A stretch of 64,000 bases of DNA. Origin: Deltaproteobacteria bacterium (GTDB taxonomy: Bacteria; Desulfobacterota; Binatia; UBA12015). Where the stretch lies: NCBI GenBank assembly GCA_029262355.1, contig JAJCZO010000416.1, positions 74,973 to 138,972 of the forward strand. The letters run 5' to 3'. Position 1 is the first letter of the stretch; the number at the start of each line of letters is the position of its first letter. Position numbers and translations under genes: made by a program. This document shows positions 35,809 to 45,297 of the stretch, one piece after another. Under the pieces are notes generated by a model that did not search any database, had not been told where the DNA came from, and saw nothing but the letters and a program-made list of their open reading frames with translations.

Positions 35809-36825
35809 TCAGGAAGAGGACAGGGGCACTGTGAATCGACACGAGACGCCCACGGGTTCGAACGTGAGACTCACGTGGCCTGCGACTTCGTACGGAATCG
35901 CCTCCTCGATCAGCTCCAATCCAAGGCCTCGGCGCTTCGGTGGCAGGGGGGCGGGGCCGCCGCGTTCGCGCCATACGAGCTGGAGGCGGCGGTCTGGCGG
36001 GTTCCCGAGAACCTTCCACTCCAACGAGACGCGCCCCGTTGGAACGGACAAGGCCCCGTAGGCAGCGGCGTTCGTCTTCAGTTCGTGCAGCGCCATGCCG
36101 AGTGGCCGGGCCACTGCCGATGGAAGGGTCACCGGCTGTCCGAGAAGCGAGATCGCCTCACTTCGGGTCGTTTCGGACACGACCAGGAGCTGGACGAGGC
36201 GCGTGAGATCGACGCCTCTATCGCGCTCTTTCGCAAGAGCCGTGCTCAGCCGGGTGATCGCGCCGATGCGTCCGCGAGCCGTGGCTCGAAGGCCCTCGAG
36301 GGAACGAGTCGAGTCGATGGTCTGATCCATCACTGCTTCGATCGTGGCGGCGATGTTCTTGACCCGGTGCTCGAGCTCGCGCTGGAGCCGGCGCTCGGTC
36401 TCCTCCGTTGTGGTCTGCACGGTGATATCGGTCGAGCAGTACAGAACTTCCAACGGTTCTCCGTCAGCGTTGCGCATCGTCGAGGTGCGCAGCGATACGA
36501 AGACCTCACCTCCGTTCTCATGACGATGGCGATGGCGCTGTGCTGTGGCGTGGGTCTCGAGGGTCTCGGGCGACGCAGGCCCCCGGTCCCCGATCTGCTC
36601 GCGGTCCTCGTCGAAGTACAGAAGCGAGATGTGGCGCCCGATCACCTCGCTGGCCCCGTACCCGTATGCCCGTTCGGCGCCTGGGTTCCACGACCGAATG
36701 ATGCTGGTGGCATCGGTCGAGAAGACGGCCTCGTGCACGGTCGCGAGGATGTCCGCCGCACGAAGGGGTCCGCCGGCGAGACTCTCGGCCGCGGTTTCGG
36801 TTGGATGACGGGGCTTGCCCCTCAT
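35809..36825 (-). CDS. PAS-domain sensor histidine kinase, HWE/HisKA_2 family
   Basis: PAS (ILATVHEAVFSTDATSIIRSWNPGAERAYGYGASEVIG). H-box (ELEHRVKNIAATI). HATPase_c (LHELKTNAAAYGAL ... GLGLELI). Start taken at the internal ATG that overlaps the stop of the upstream receiver gene (ATGA); the longer ORF to 37275 overlaps that gene in another frame. Confidence 0.75.
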   Translation of the reverse strand: MRGKPRHPTETAAESLAGGPLRAADILATVHEAVFSTDATSIIRSWNPGAERAYGYGASEVIGRHISLLYFDEDREQIGDRGPASPETLETHATAQRHRHRHENGGEVFVSLRTSTMRNADGEPLEVLYCSTDITVQTTTEETERRLQRELEHRVKNIAATIEAVMDQTIDSTRSLEGLRATARGRIGAITRLSTALAKERDRGVDLTRLVQLLVVSETTRSEAISLLGQPVTLPSAVARPLGMALHELKTNAAAYGALSVPTGRVSLEWKVLGNPPDRRLQLVWRERGGPAPLPPKRRGLGLELIEEAIPYEVAGHVSLTFEPVGVSCRFTVPLSSS

Positions 36826-37202
36826 GTCGCGGTCCGGTGCGCGGTGAGACGCACGAGCGTCGACACGAGGTGCTCCTCTGCCACGGGCTTGTTCAACCGT
36901 GGGTGGTCGTGCAGGTCCGAGGGGATGCATTCCTCCCCGAAGCCGGTGAGGAATGCGAAGGGGATTCCGTTCTCCCGCAGGTACGTTGCCAGCGGGAACA
37001 CATCCTCTCCATTCAAGCTGACATCGAGGAGTGCGACCTCGGGGGGATCCGCCGCGGCCGCCTCCATGGCGGCGGGAAGGCTCGAGGCCACCCCGACGAT
37101 GTCGGCTCCGTAGGAGCCCAGGAGCCAGCGAAGGCTCTTCGCGACCGGGTAATCGTCCTCGACGATGAGGACACGCAGCCCCTTTAGCGGAACCTCGTTC
37201 AT
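36822..37202 (-). CDS. single-domain response regulator (receiver only)
   Basis: 126 aa. Conserved acidic pocket and phospho-acceptor (LRVLIVEDDYPVA ... ALLDVSL ... LTGF ... KP). Confidence 0.8.
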   Translation of the reverse strand: MNEVPLKGLRVLIVEDDYPVAKSLRWLLGSYGADIVGVASSLPAAMEAAAADPPEVALLDVSLNGEDVFPLATYLRENGIPFAFLTGFGEECIPSDLHDHPRLNKPVAEEHLVSTLVRLTAHRTAT

Positions 37203-37337
37203 CGACTCTAAAGCATATACAAGAGTGCCTGCCGGGCGCCATCCGCGTCGGCGACGCGTTCAGGCCGACGGGCAAGGGCTACCCTCGGCGATCGCTGCCC
37301 GATTGCTCGGCGCGATACATCGTGATGGGGAACGTGG

Positions 37338-38723
37338 GTGTTCCGGCATCGCGCAGCCCTGACCGTTCTCGTTCTCGGCGGTTTACTGGGATCGGGCTAC
37401 GTCATGCTTCTGCCGCCATTTGGGTGGGGCGACGAGGTGCCACACTTCCTTCGCGCCCACCGCGTCTCTCACGGCGATCTGCGTGCGGTCATCGACCACG
37501 GGCGTCGCGGCGGCTTCGTCCCGAGCGGCGTGTCCCGGCTGATTCGCGGAGCCGGACTTACGGCAGTGGCCTGGGACGCATGCTCGCTCTCTCCGGGGCA
37601 GCTCCGCGCCTTGTTCGACATCCAAGCGACCCACGGCGCGCGGCCTGCGAGTGTCTTCATGCAGGAGTTTGGAGCGCCGTACCCCCCGATTGCCAGCGTT
37701 CACTCCGCCCCGGCAGTCCTGCTTGCACGCAGTGTCACGGGACGCGTCGTCCTATGGCTCTACGCCGCCCGGCTGGCGAGTCTCGTCGTCTGGCTGGGCC
37801 TCGTTGCCGTGACCATGCAGATGGCACCTTCACTGCGGACCACCTTGGTGGCCTTGTGTCTTACGCCGACAGCTCTCTTCCTCGCCGCCACGTGCTCCGC
37901 CGATGGGCTGCTCGACGCGGTTGCCTTTCTGTGGGCGGCGTACGTCTTGGCTTTGTGCCGCAGCGATCGGCCCAGCCCGAGTCTCGGGGATACCGCCGTC
38001 GTGCTGTGCTTCGCGCTCACCCTCGGCGTCGTGAAGCTGGTCTACGCCCCTCTCATTCTGCTTCTCGCGCTCGTTCCCGCCGGTGGGCGTCGAGCCACGT
38101 GGCGGTCGTGGGCGGTGCTGCTCAGCGCCGCCGTAATGGTTGGCGGTCTGGGTGCCCTCGGGTGGGTCGCCGTCTCCGGCGGCAGCGCGACCGAAGCCGT
38201 CGTGTTCGGCGGTACACCGGCCGGCGAGCTCGACCCGATGCGAGTCCTTACAGACCCGGCTCGAACGCTCCTCGCGCTCCCGAACACGGCAGCCGCCGAG
38301 TGGTATCCGTGGCTGGTCAATATCGCTTGGCCAAAGTTCACCCGCTGTATGCAGGCTCATTCGATCGCGGTGCCCTTGGTCTGGGGAGCCGTACTCGCGG
38401 CGCTGGCCCTGGATGGGAGTGCCTGGCGCCCGACAGTGGGCCAACGGCTCGTAGGCATCGCCGTCTTCGCTTGTGTCTTCTGTACTGCGGTGATCGTGGC
38501 TCTCGCGACCTGGACGCCAGCGGGCCACGATCGCGCGATCGGCGTTCATGCCAGGTACTTCCTACCGGCCTTGCCGGCGCTCGCGATCGCGCTCCTCCCC
38601 CCGCTTGGACCGCTCAAGGAAAGGACGATGAGGCTCCTCCATAATTGCGTGCTCATAGGCGTAATTGCCGCAAACGTGCTCGTGCTGATCGCGTTCCTTC
38701 GCCAGTACGACTGGAGTGCGTAG
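37338..38723 (+). CDS. DUF2142-like polytopic membrane protein (putative glycosyltransferase-like)
   Basis: 461 aa, about 10 or more TM segments, N-terminal conserved region (PPFGWGDEVPHFLRAHRVSHGDL) reminiscent of the DUF2142 family. GTG start. Assignment from memory. Confidence 0.45.
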   Translation: MFRHRAALTVLVLGGLLGSGYVMLLPPFGWGDEVPHFLRAHRVSHGDLRAVIDHGRRGGFVPSGVSRLIRGAGLTAVAWDACSLSPGQLRALFDIQATHGARPASVFMQEFGAPYPPIASVHSAPAVLLARSVTGRVVLWLYAARLASLVVWLGLVAVTMQMAPSLRTTLVALCLTPTALFLAATCSADGLLDAVAFLWAAYVLALCRSDRPSPSLGDTAVVLCFALTLGVVKLVYAPLILLLALVPAGGRRATWRSWAVLLSAAVMVGGLGALGWVAVSGGSATEAVVFGGTPAGELDPMRVLTDPARTLLALPNTAAAEWYPWLVNIAWPKFTRCMQAHSIAVPLVWGAVLAALALDGSAWRPTVGQRLVGIAVFACVFCTAVIVALATWTPAGHDRAIGVHARYFLPALPALAIALLPPLGPLKERTMRLLHNCVLIGVIAANVLVLIAFLRQYDWSA

Positions 38724-38907
38724 CCGGCCCTTGCGTAGCGTGCGTTCGAATCCGGCCCGCCCTCCGTTTAGGAAAATCACGGAGCACGGTCTGCGCCTCT
38801 TGTGCCCATGCTGGTTTCGTAGGACATGGACCCAGCAACCGGAGCGGGACATGCACCACGATGGTGCGTGCTGCCAAGTCTTGTAGACTCCGGAGAAAGA
38901 GGAACTC

Positions 38908-40455
38908 ATGCGTACTCATTCGACATCCGCATTCGTTGGCGCAGCGCTCGCGGTTCTCGTTCTTCTGGTCGCGTCCTCCGCGACGGCGGCGGACAAGCCG
39001 AACATCCTCATCCTTTGGGGCGACGACATTGGCTACTGGAACGTCAGCGCCTACAACCGCGGAATGATGGGCTACAAGACGCCCAACATCGACCGGATCG
39101 CCGACGAAGGGATGCTGTTTACCGACTCCTACGGGCAACAGAGCTGCACGGCGGGTAGGGCGGCCTTCATCACCGGCCAGAGCCCCATCCGAACCGGGCT
39201 GACCAAAGTGGGGCTCCCGGGCGCGAACTTGGGTCTGCAGGCCGCGGACCCGACGATCCCGGAGCTGTTGAAAGCCCATGGATACGTGACCGGTCAGTTC
39301 GGCAAGAATCACCTGGGAGATCTCGACGAGCATCTGCCCACGAACCACGGCTTCGACGAGTTCTTCGGTAATCTCTACCACTTGAACGCCGAAGAGGAGC
39401 CCGAAAACGTCGACTACCCGAAGGATCCGAACTTCAAGAAGCGCTTCGGCCCTCGCGGGGTCATCAAGTCGTCTGCGGACGGCAAGATCCAGGACACGGG
39501 GCCGCTGACGCGCAAGCGGATGGAGACGGCGGATCAGGAGTTCGTCGACGCCGCCAAGGACTTCATGGAGAGGTCACACGAGTCCGACAAACCGTTCTTC
39601 CTCTGGTGGAACTCGACGCGAATGCACATCTGGACGCATTTGAATCCAGAATGGAAGGGCAAGACCGGGTTGGGTGTCTACGCCGACGGCATGACCGAGC
39701 ACGACCATCACGTGGGTCAGATCCTCGATAAGCTCGACGAGCTCGGGATCGCCGACAACACGATCGTCATGTACTCGACGGACAACGGCGCCGAGACGTT
39801 TACCTGGCCCGACGGCGGCACCACGCCGTTCAAGAGCGAGAAGGCGACGACTTGGGAAGGCGGCTTTCGGGTGCCCACCGCAGTGCGGTGGCCCGGCAAG
39901 ATCAAGGCGGGCTCTGTTTCGAACGAGATGATCGCGCATGAGGATTGGCTCCCGACCCTGCTCGCTGCGGCGGGGGAGCCCGACGTCAAAGAGAAGCTAC
40001 TCAAGGGCCACCGGGTTGGAGGCAAGAACTTCAAGGTTCACCTCGACGGATACAACCAGCTTCCGATGTTCACCGGAAAGGGACCAACCGCACGCAAGGA
40101 GATGTTCTACTTCACCGATGATGGAGACCTCTCCGCGTTGCGCTACAACCGGTGGAAGATCTTCTTCAGCCAGCAGAACCACCATGGATTTGGTGTCTGG
40201 ATGCGCGAGTTCACGAAAAACCGCATGCCGATTCTCATCGATCTGAAGGGCGACCCATTCGAGCGCGCGCCCGAAGAAGCGATCGGGTGGCCGAAGTGGG
40301 CCATCGACCGGATGTTCGTGTTCGTACCGGCGCAGGCGTTCGTTGCGGACTTCCTGAAGACGTTCAAGGACTTCCCGCCGCGCCAAAAGCCCGCGAGCTT
40401 CAGCGTCGATGAGGTGCTGAAGACGCTCCAGGATACGCCGGGACCGATGCGGTAA
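38908..40455 (+). CDS. arylsulfatase (formylglycine-dependent sulfatase family), secreted
   Basis: Signal peptide (AFVGAALAVLVLLVASSATAADKPN). Sulfatase signature with a CxAxR variant (SCTAGRAAFITGQ). Metal-binding and active-site blocks (ILWGDDIGY, GKNHLGD, YSTDNGAE). Good RBS (AAGAGGAA). Confidence 0.85.
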   Translation: MRTHSTSAFVGAALAVLVLLVASSATAADKPNILILWGDDIGYWNVSAYNRGMMGYKTPNIDRIADEGMLFTDSYGQQSCTAGRAAFITGQSPIRTGLTKVGLPGANLGLQAADPTIPELLKAHGYVTGQFGKNHLGDLDEHLPTNHGFDEFFGNLYHLNAEEEPENVDYPKDPNFKKRFGPRGVIKSSADGKIQDTGPLTRKRMETADQEFVDAAKDFMERSHESDKPFFLWWNSTRMHIWTHLNPEWKGKTGLGVYADGMTEHDHHVGQILDKLDELGIADNTIVMYSTDNGAETFTWPDGGTTPFKSEKATTWEGGFRVPTAVRWPGKIKAGSVSNEMIAHEDWLPTLLAAAGEPDVKEKLLKGHRVGGKNFKVHLDGYNQLPMFTGKGPTARKEMFYFTDDGDLSALRYNRWKIFFSQQNHHGFGVWMREFTKNRMPILIDLKGDPFERAPEEAIGWPKWAIDRMFVFVPAQAFVADFLKTFKDFPPRQKPASFSVDEVLKTLQDTPGPMR

Positions 40456-40473
40456 GGCCGAGCGCGCAACCGT

Positions 40474-40510
40474 CGGCGCCCCCACCGCAGCTACTGCGGC
40501 GGGGGCGCCG
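40474..40510 (+). terminator. GC-rich hairpin immediately downstream of the sulfatase stop (putative intrinsic terminator, no U-tract)
   Basis: Near-perfect palindrome CGGCGCCCCCACCGCAG-CTA-CTGCGGCGGGGGCGCCG starting about 19 nt after the stop codon. Confidence 0.4.
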
Positions 40511-41116
40511 ATGCTACGTTCCCACTGATGAGGTTCTGCAGAGAGTGGGTCGCCCGAGGGCAGTACGGATGATTTGGGTCCAACGCATGATCTGGGTCGT
40601 TCTGGCGATCTTCTCAGCCGCAGTGCTCTATGTCGTCTTCTCGGGTGGCCTGGTCGACGACGAGGCCGCCAACGAACACGATCGTCAGGAGGCGGCCAAG
40701 CGTGGGCTCGAGCCGCCCGCGGCTGGCGAGATGGCCTACGACCGCTTCCTGCCTGGCGGGCGGCAGAACTCGAAGGAGCCGGCTTTGCCGGCGCGCTGAG
40801 ATCCGCGCACCTCCAGAGCCGGAACCAGCACACCCGCGTGCCCCGCGGCTTCCACCGGCCCCCGCCGTGTCGCCTGCGTCACCGATCTGGTCCGACAGGC
40901 GGAGTGCTGGACCCGCCACCGGTTGTCTTCCCTTGCCAGATGGCCCCGTTTTGGCCCAGAATGCCCGGGTAGAGCAGGCTTCGCCGCCACAGGTGTGGGT
41001 TTTTGTTCGGCGAGGCAGCCGGCTTGGATGATGTGTGGGCTCTTCGCTCACGGGGGGAGGGGTGTGGAGAAGCGGCGTTCGGGGACGTGGCGGGCTAGGT
41101 GCGCGGAGCCTGTGGC

Positions 41117-42268
41117 ATGAATCGCCACGAGCTCGAGACCCACGAAGACGTCTGGCTCGCCTCTTGGGCGATGCGCAGCGCCGACAGCCGCGGTCGAGCC
41201 CACCCGGAGCCCGAGCACGACCTGCGGACTGCGTTCCAGCGCGATCGCGATCGGGTCATTCACTCGAGCGCGTTCCGCCGGCTCGAGTACAAGACGCAAG
41301 TTTTCGTGAACCACGAAGGCGACTATTACCGGACGCGGCTCACCCACACGATGGAAGCGGCGCAGGTGACGCGCACGATCGCGAAGTCTCTGCGGCTGAA
41401 CGAGGACCTCGCCGAGGCGATCGTACTCGCGCACGATCTCGGCCATACGCCCTTTGGCCACGCCGGGGAGCATGTCCTCGACGCACTGATGGAGCCATAC
41501 GGCGGGTTCGAGCACAACGCCCAGAGTCTTCGCATCGTGGAGGAACTCGAAGAGCGCTATCCAGACTTCCCGGGCTTGAATCTCACGTGGGAAGTGCGCG
41601 AGGGGATCGTCAAGCACGCATCGGAGTACGACCGCCCGCTCGTAAAGCTCTTCGATCCGGATATTGCACCGACGCTCGAGGCCCAGGTCGCCGACTTCGC
41701 CGACGAGATCGCGTACAACTGCCACGACATCGACGACGGCGTGCAGAGCGGCATGCTGAAGCCCGAGCAGATGGAAGACGTCGCGCTGTGGCGCGAGGCG
41801 CACGCGGCAACGCTCGAGCGATCACCGAATGCGCCTTTCTCTATCCAGCGCTATCAAACGGTCCGCCGCGTGCTGGACGCAATGGTGTCGGACCTGGTCG
41901 CGACCGTAGGGCAGGGCATCATGGACAACCGCGTGCAGACCATCGACGACCTCCGGCACGTCCGCCCGAGGCTCGCGCGATACAGTGACGACATGGCGCG
42001 GAAGATTCGTGAGCTCAAGGACTTCCTGATGGAGAATCTATACAAGCACGTGCGCGTCGTGCGCATGGGCGTAAAGGCGAAAACGGTTCTGACGGGAATC
42101 TTCGATAGCTACCTGGAGGAACCGAGACAGATGCCCGAGCATGTTTATGAACAGATCGAGAAGGGTGCGGCTCCTCCACAAGTCATCGCGGACTACATCG
42201 CCGGCATGACCGATCGCTTCGCACTCGAGGAGTACAAGAAGCTGTTCGACCCCATGGAGCGCGTATGA
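41117..42268 (+). CDS. dgt: dGTP triphosphohydrolase-like HD-domain protein (dGTPase family)
   Basis: HD motif region (RLTHTMEAAQVTRTIA ... AHDLGHTPFGHAGE) and the conserved N-terminal FQRDRDRVIHSSAFRRL block typical of Dgt-family proteins. Confidence 0.85.
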   Translation: MNRHELETHEDVWLASWAMRSADSRGRAHPEPEHDLRTAFQRDRDRVIHSSAFRRLEYKTQVFVNHEGDYYRTRLTHTMEAAQVTRTIAKSLRLNEDLAEAIVLAHDLGHTPFGHAGEHVLDALMEPYGGFEHNAQSLRIVEELEERYPDFPGLNLTWEVREGIVKHASEYDRPLVKLFDPDIAPTLEAQVADFADEIAYNCHDIDDGVQSGMLKPEQMEDVALWREAHAATLERSPNAPFSIQRYQTVRRVLDAMVSDLVATVGQGIMDNRVQTIDDLRHVRPRLARYSDDMARKIRELKDFLMENLYKHVRVVRMGVKAKTVLTGIFDSYLEEPRQMPEHVYEQIEKGAAPPQVIADYIAGMTDRFALEEYKKLFDPMERV

Positions 42269-42927
42269 GGCGTCGCGTCTACATGGAGATCCACCGCGAG
42301 GATCACAAGAACGATGCCCTCGGCCTCGTATTCCTTGGTGCGCTCGAACCCGAGAGATGTCTCGCGTTGCTGCGGACGTACCTCGGCCCGCATGCGAAGC
42401 TGAAGCACGCAGAGGTCGACGATGCCGTCCTGCGCGTGGAAGCAGACGTGCGCGAGTTCGCCGAAGAGAGCCAGAATCTCGTACGTATGGCACGCGACAT
42501 GATGCGGGCCGGGCGGTTGAAGGGAGCACTCGGCCAGCTGGAGGAGGCGCTTCGCATGTCGCCTCTGAATGCCCAGGCCCTGAAGGGGTTGGGGCGCCTG
42601 TACTACCGAAGCCGCCAGCGCGAGGAGGCTCGCTACTACCTGACGCGCGCGCGCGAGGTCGCACCGGACGACAGCGACGTGCTGCGCCTCCTCGCGGAGA
42701 TCGCGCTGCACGACGAGCGCCCGCTTGCCGCGCGCGAGTACCTTCAGCAACTCCTCACCTTGGACCCGAAGGACAAACGAGCTCGAACCGCCCTGGCGCG
42801 GCTCATGCCTGAAGGTGCGCGACAGATTCGAGAGACGATTTCGTCGCCTGGCGTTTCAGCCGCGCAGCCTCCACTGGTTGGCTCGCCTGGCGCGCAAGAG
42901 CAAGAACCGAAGAACCCGCCTCGCTGA
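42265..42927 (+). CDS. tetratricopeptide-repeat protein
   Basis: ATGA overlap with dgt. TPR-like repeats (ALKGLGRLYYRSRQREEARYYLTRAREVAPDD ... LLAEIALHDERPLAAREYLQQLL). Confidence 0.65.
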   Translation: MRRRVYMEIHREDHKNDALGLVFLGALEPERCLALLRTYLGPHAKLKHAEVDDAVLRVEADVREFAEESQNLVRMARDMMRAGRLKGALGQLEEALRMSPLNAQALKGLGRLYYRSRQREEARYYLTRAREVAPDDSDVLRLLAEIALHDERPLAAREYLQQLLTLDPKDKRARTALARLMPEGARQIRETISSPGVSAAQPPLVGSPGAQEQEPKNPPR

Positions 42928-42972
42928 GGACGGCTGCGGCAAAGCCGCGCAGGCTCAGTGTCTGTACGCGGG

Positions 42973-44613
42973 TCAACCCGGCGTATGAGCCGTCAGCATG
43001 TCGAGCGGCTCGAAGACCCGGAGGCCCCCGAACGCGATCACGGGGCGAAGCCGAGGGAGTAGAGGGCGGACGGCCGGGCAGTGTTCTTCGCCCGGATACA
43101 CGATGAGGTACTCGGCCTCGGCTGCGCCGAGCAGTCGTGCCGTCTGCTGCGGATCGTCACCACAGGTCGTCCAGTGAAAGCCGGCGCGCTTCGAGAAGGC
43201 AGCGAGTGCTTGTGCCTTCGTGCTCACCATCCGAACTGGGAACTCGCGAGAATCCGCCCAGCGAACGAGCGCCACCTCGTCGGGCGACGCTCCCGCCGTT
43301 GCGAACCGCAGGAAATTCGTCGTTTCGCGTAGCGAGCTGGCTCCGGTGACGACCGCCCATGCGACCAGAACGAACCCGACACCACGCAGCCAGCGTGGCG
43401 CTGTCGTAAGAAGAACCACGAGCGCCAACGTCACCGGCAGAATCATCGGCAACCCGTGCCGCCAGTGGAACCACCATTCCCAGATGAGCGTTCCGTGATG
43501 GGCGTGAACGATTGCGAGAGCCCCGAGGCCTGCCAGCAAGGTCGCAATGAAGGTGCGGGAGTCGCGCGCACGTAGCCACGTCCACGTCTCGCGTACGCTC
43601 GGCGCGCGCAGCGCCACGACGACGAGAGCGAGCGGAACGAGGTAGACTGCAGCACCGAAGGAGCGAGCGTAGGCGTTCGGATGACTGGGATCGAACGCGA
43701 CCTGGAATCCGGAAAGTCGATCCAATACAAACGCCGTCCACGAGCCGAACCCGAGCGTGACTGGAAAGGGCGCCAACTCTGCTGTTTCGCGGTACGCGGC
43801 GTAGTCGATCAATACCATCGGCGAGATCGGCGTGACGAAGCCTGTGAGGTGCCATGCCCAGAGCCCAATGATCGCACCGGCCGCACCGAGCGAGGCCACC
43901 GACGCGACGACGGCTCGCCGAGAATGCGCCGTCAGCAGGAGGCCGCCTGAGACCGCGACCGAAAGCGGCAGCATCTGCGGCCTCGACAGAAAAGAAGCCC
44001 CAGCGAGAACGCCCGACAGAACGGCCCACGCAACCGGAGATCCGAAGCGCGAGCGGTCCAGCGCCAGGAGGCTTCCGAACGCCGTCGCGTACACTAGGCC
44101 TTCGGCGTAGGGCAGCGACGTGTGTCGAAAGAAGACCGGGTTCAAAGCGAACAACAACGCTGCGAGGTGGCCGACATTCACATCCGGTGCATGCCGCCAG
44201 CGAGGTGTGCGGTCGACGACGGCAGCGACGAGCGCGTTCGCAAGGGCATAGAGCAGCACGAGCGAGAGCCCGAACAGCGCCACCGGCACGGCGACGGCCG
44301 CAGTTGCGAGATCCAGACCGCGGGCGGCGTACCCGAGCACCAGCGGCCAGAGCGGATAGATGTTGCTCGCGTGCGGAAACGACCGGAAGCCCTGGTGATA
44401 GAGCGATAGCCGGGTCTGAAGGCCGTCGCCGGCGGCCACGTGCCCGGCGACTTGGTAGTAGTTGCTGCCGTCGAGCGCGTGATGCCCGACCGGCTCTGGC
44501 CAAGCGTGGATCTTCAGGGCGATTCCGCCGAGCACGATGAGCGCGAGCAGCGCCCGAGCGACATGCTGGCGAGGGACTCCTGGCAGAGCCTCGTCCTGGG
44601 AACTCTCAGCCAC
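42973..44613 (-). CDS. GT39/ArnT-like polytopic membrane glycosyltransferase (dolichyl-phosphate-mannose / undecaprenyl-phosphate sugar transferase family)
   Basis: 546 aa, about 12 TM segments, N-terminal loop with conserved acidic/aromatic residues (LDGSNYYQVAGH). Overall topology typical of the ArnT/PMT family. GTG start. Confidence 0.65.
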   Translation of the reverse strand: MAESSQDEALPGVPRQHVARALLALIVLGGIALKIHAWPEPVGHHALDGSNYYQVAGHVAAGDGLQTRLSLYHQGFRSFPHASNIYPLWPLVLGYAARGLDLATAAVAVPVALFGLSLVLLYALANALVAAVVDRTPRWRHAPDVNVGHLAALLFALNPVFFRHTSLPYAEGLVYATAFGSLLALDRSRFGSPVAWAVLSGVLAGASFLSRPQMLPLSVAVSGGLLLTAHSRRAVVASVASLGAAGAIIGLWAWHLTGFVTPISPMVLIDYAAYRETAELAPFPVTLGFGSWTAFVLDRLSGFQVAFDPSHPNAYARSFGAAVYLVPLALVVVALRAPSVRETWTWLRARDSRTFIATLLAGLGALAIVHAHHGTLIWEWWFHWRHGLPMILPVTLALVVLLTTAPRWLRGVGFVLVAWAVVTGASSLRETTNFLRFATAGASPDEVALVRWADSREFPVRMVSTKAQALAAFSKRAGFHWTTCGDDPQQTARLLGAAEAEYLIVYPGEEHCPAVRPLLPRLRPVIAFGGLRVFEPLDMLTAHTPG

Positions 44614-45297
44614 CTACGAAGGGCTTCGGCGGATTGCCGCGGCCCCTAGAGCCCGAGCAGACCTTGGCCCCCCGAGGGCAAGGGGATGAGGGTCGGCCCA
44701 GATCGAAATCTCTTTAGTTGTCATAATCTATCTTATCGGACCCAATGACACGCCGCGGATGCTCGCTTTTGAGCCTCGAACTCCCGCGGGCGAGGATTCT
44801 GTGGAGCGTCCTTCGTGGCGCCAGACTGCGGATTCCGACGAGGCCAGACGGACGCGTCGCCGACGGACGGATCGAGAAGGCCGCTGGGCGCCCACCGCTC
44901 CGCTGAGCTGAGCTCCTCGCGCGTCGCCCCCTGACCACCTTGCCGCAGGCCTTTCGCGCACGCGCGGCCACACTCCCTGTGCCTTGCCGACGCGATCGGA
45001 GATCCGTGATCGGAAGCAACCCGCGTGTAGGCGCAGTTGTGGACACGGCCCGTTACGCCCTCGTGTTGATCCAACGGCCAGAAGACCGAGCGCCGCACGG
45101 AGCCTGCCCATTGCGGTACCGCTACGAGCTGCTGGCCTCGCGCTCGACCATACGGTGGCTCGCGCTTGCATCGAGATCGAGTCCGTAGACCCGCTTCAGG
45201 TCCTGGATGACCTCGAGTTCCGCGGGCCCGAATGGGGGCGCCTTGCCCTAGGTGCTGCAAGCACCCCTGCCGTATGCCTCGAAACTCCCTTCCGAAA

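Noticed and set aside
40545-40799. 84-aa ORF with one hydrophobic segment between the sulfatase and dgt genes
   Set aside because: Could be a small membrane protein, but the second half is low-complexity and there is no homology cue. Left unannotated, with under 0.2 confidence.
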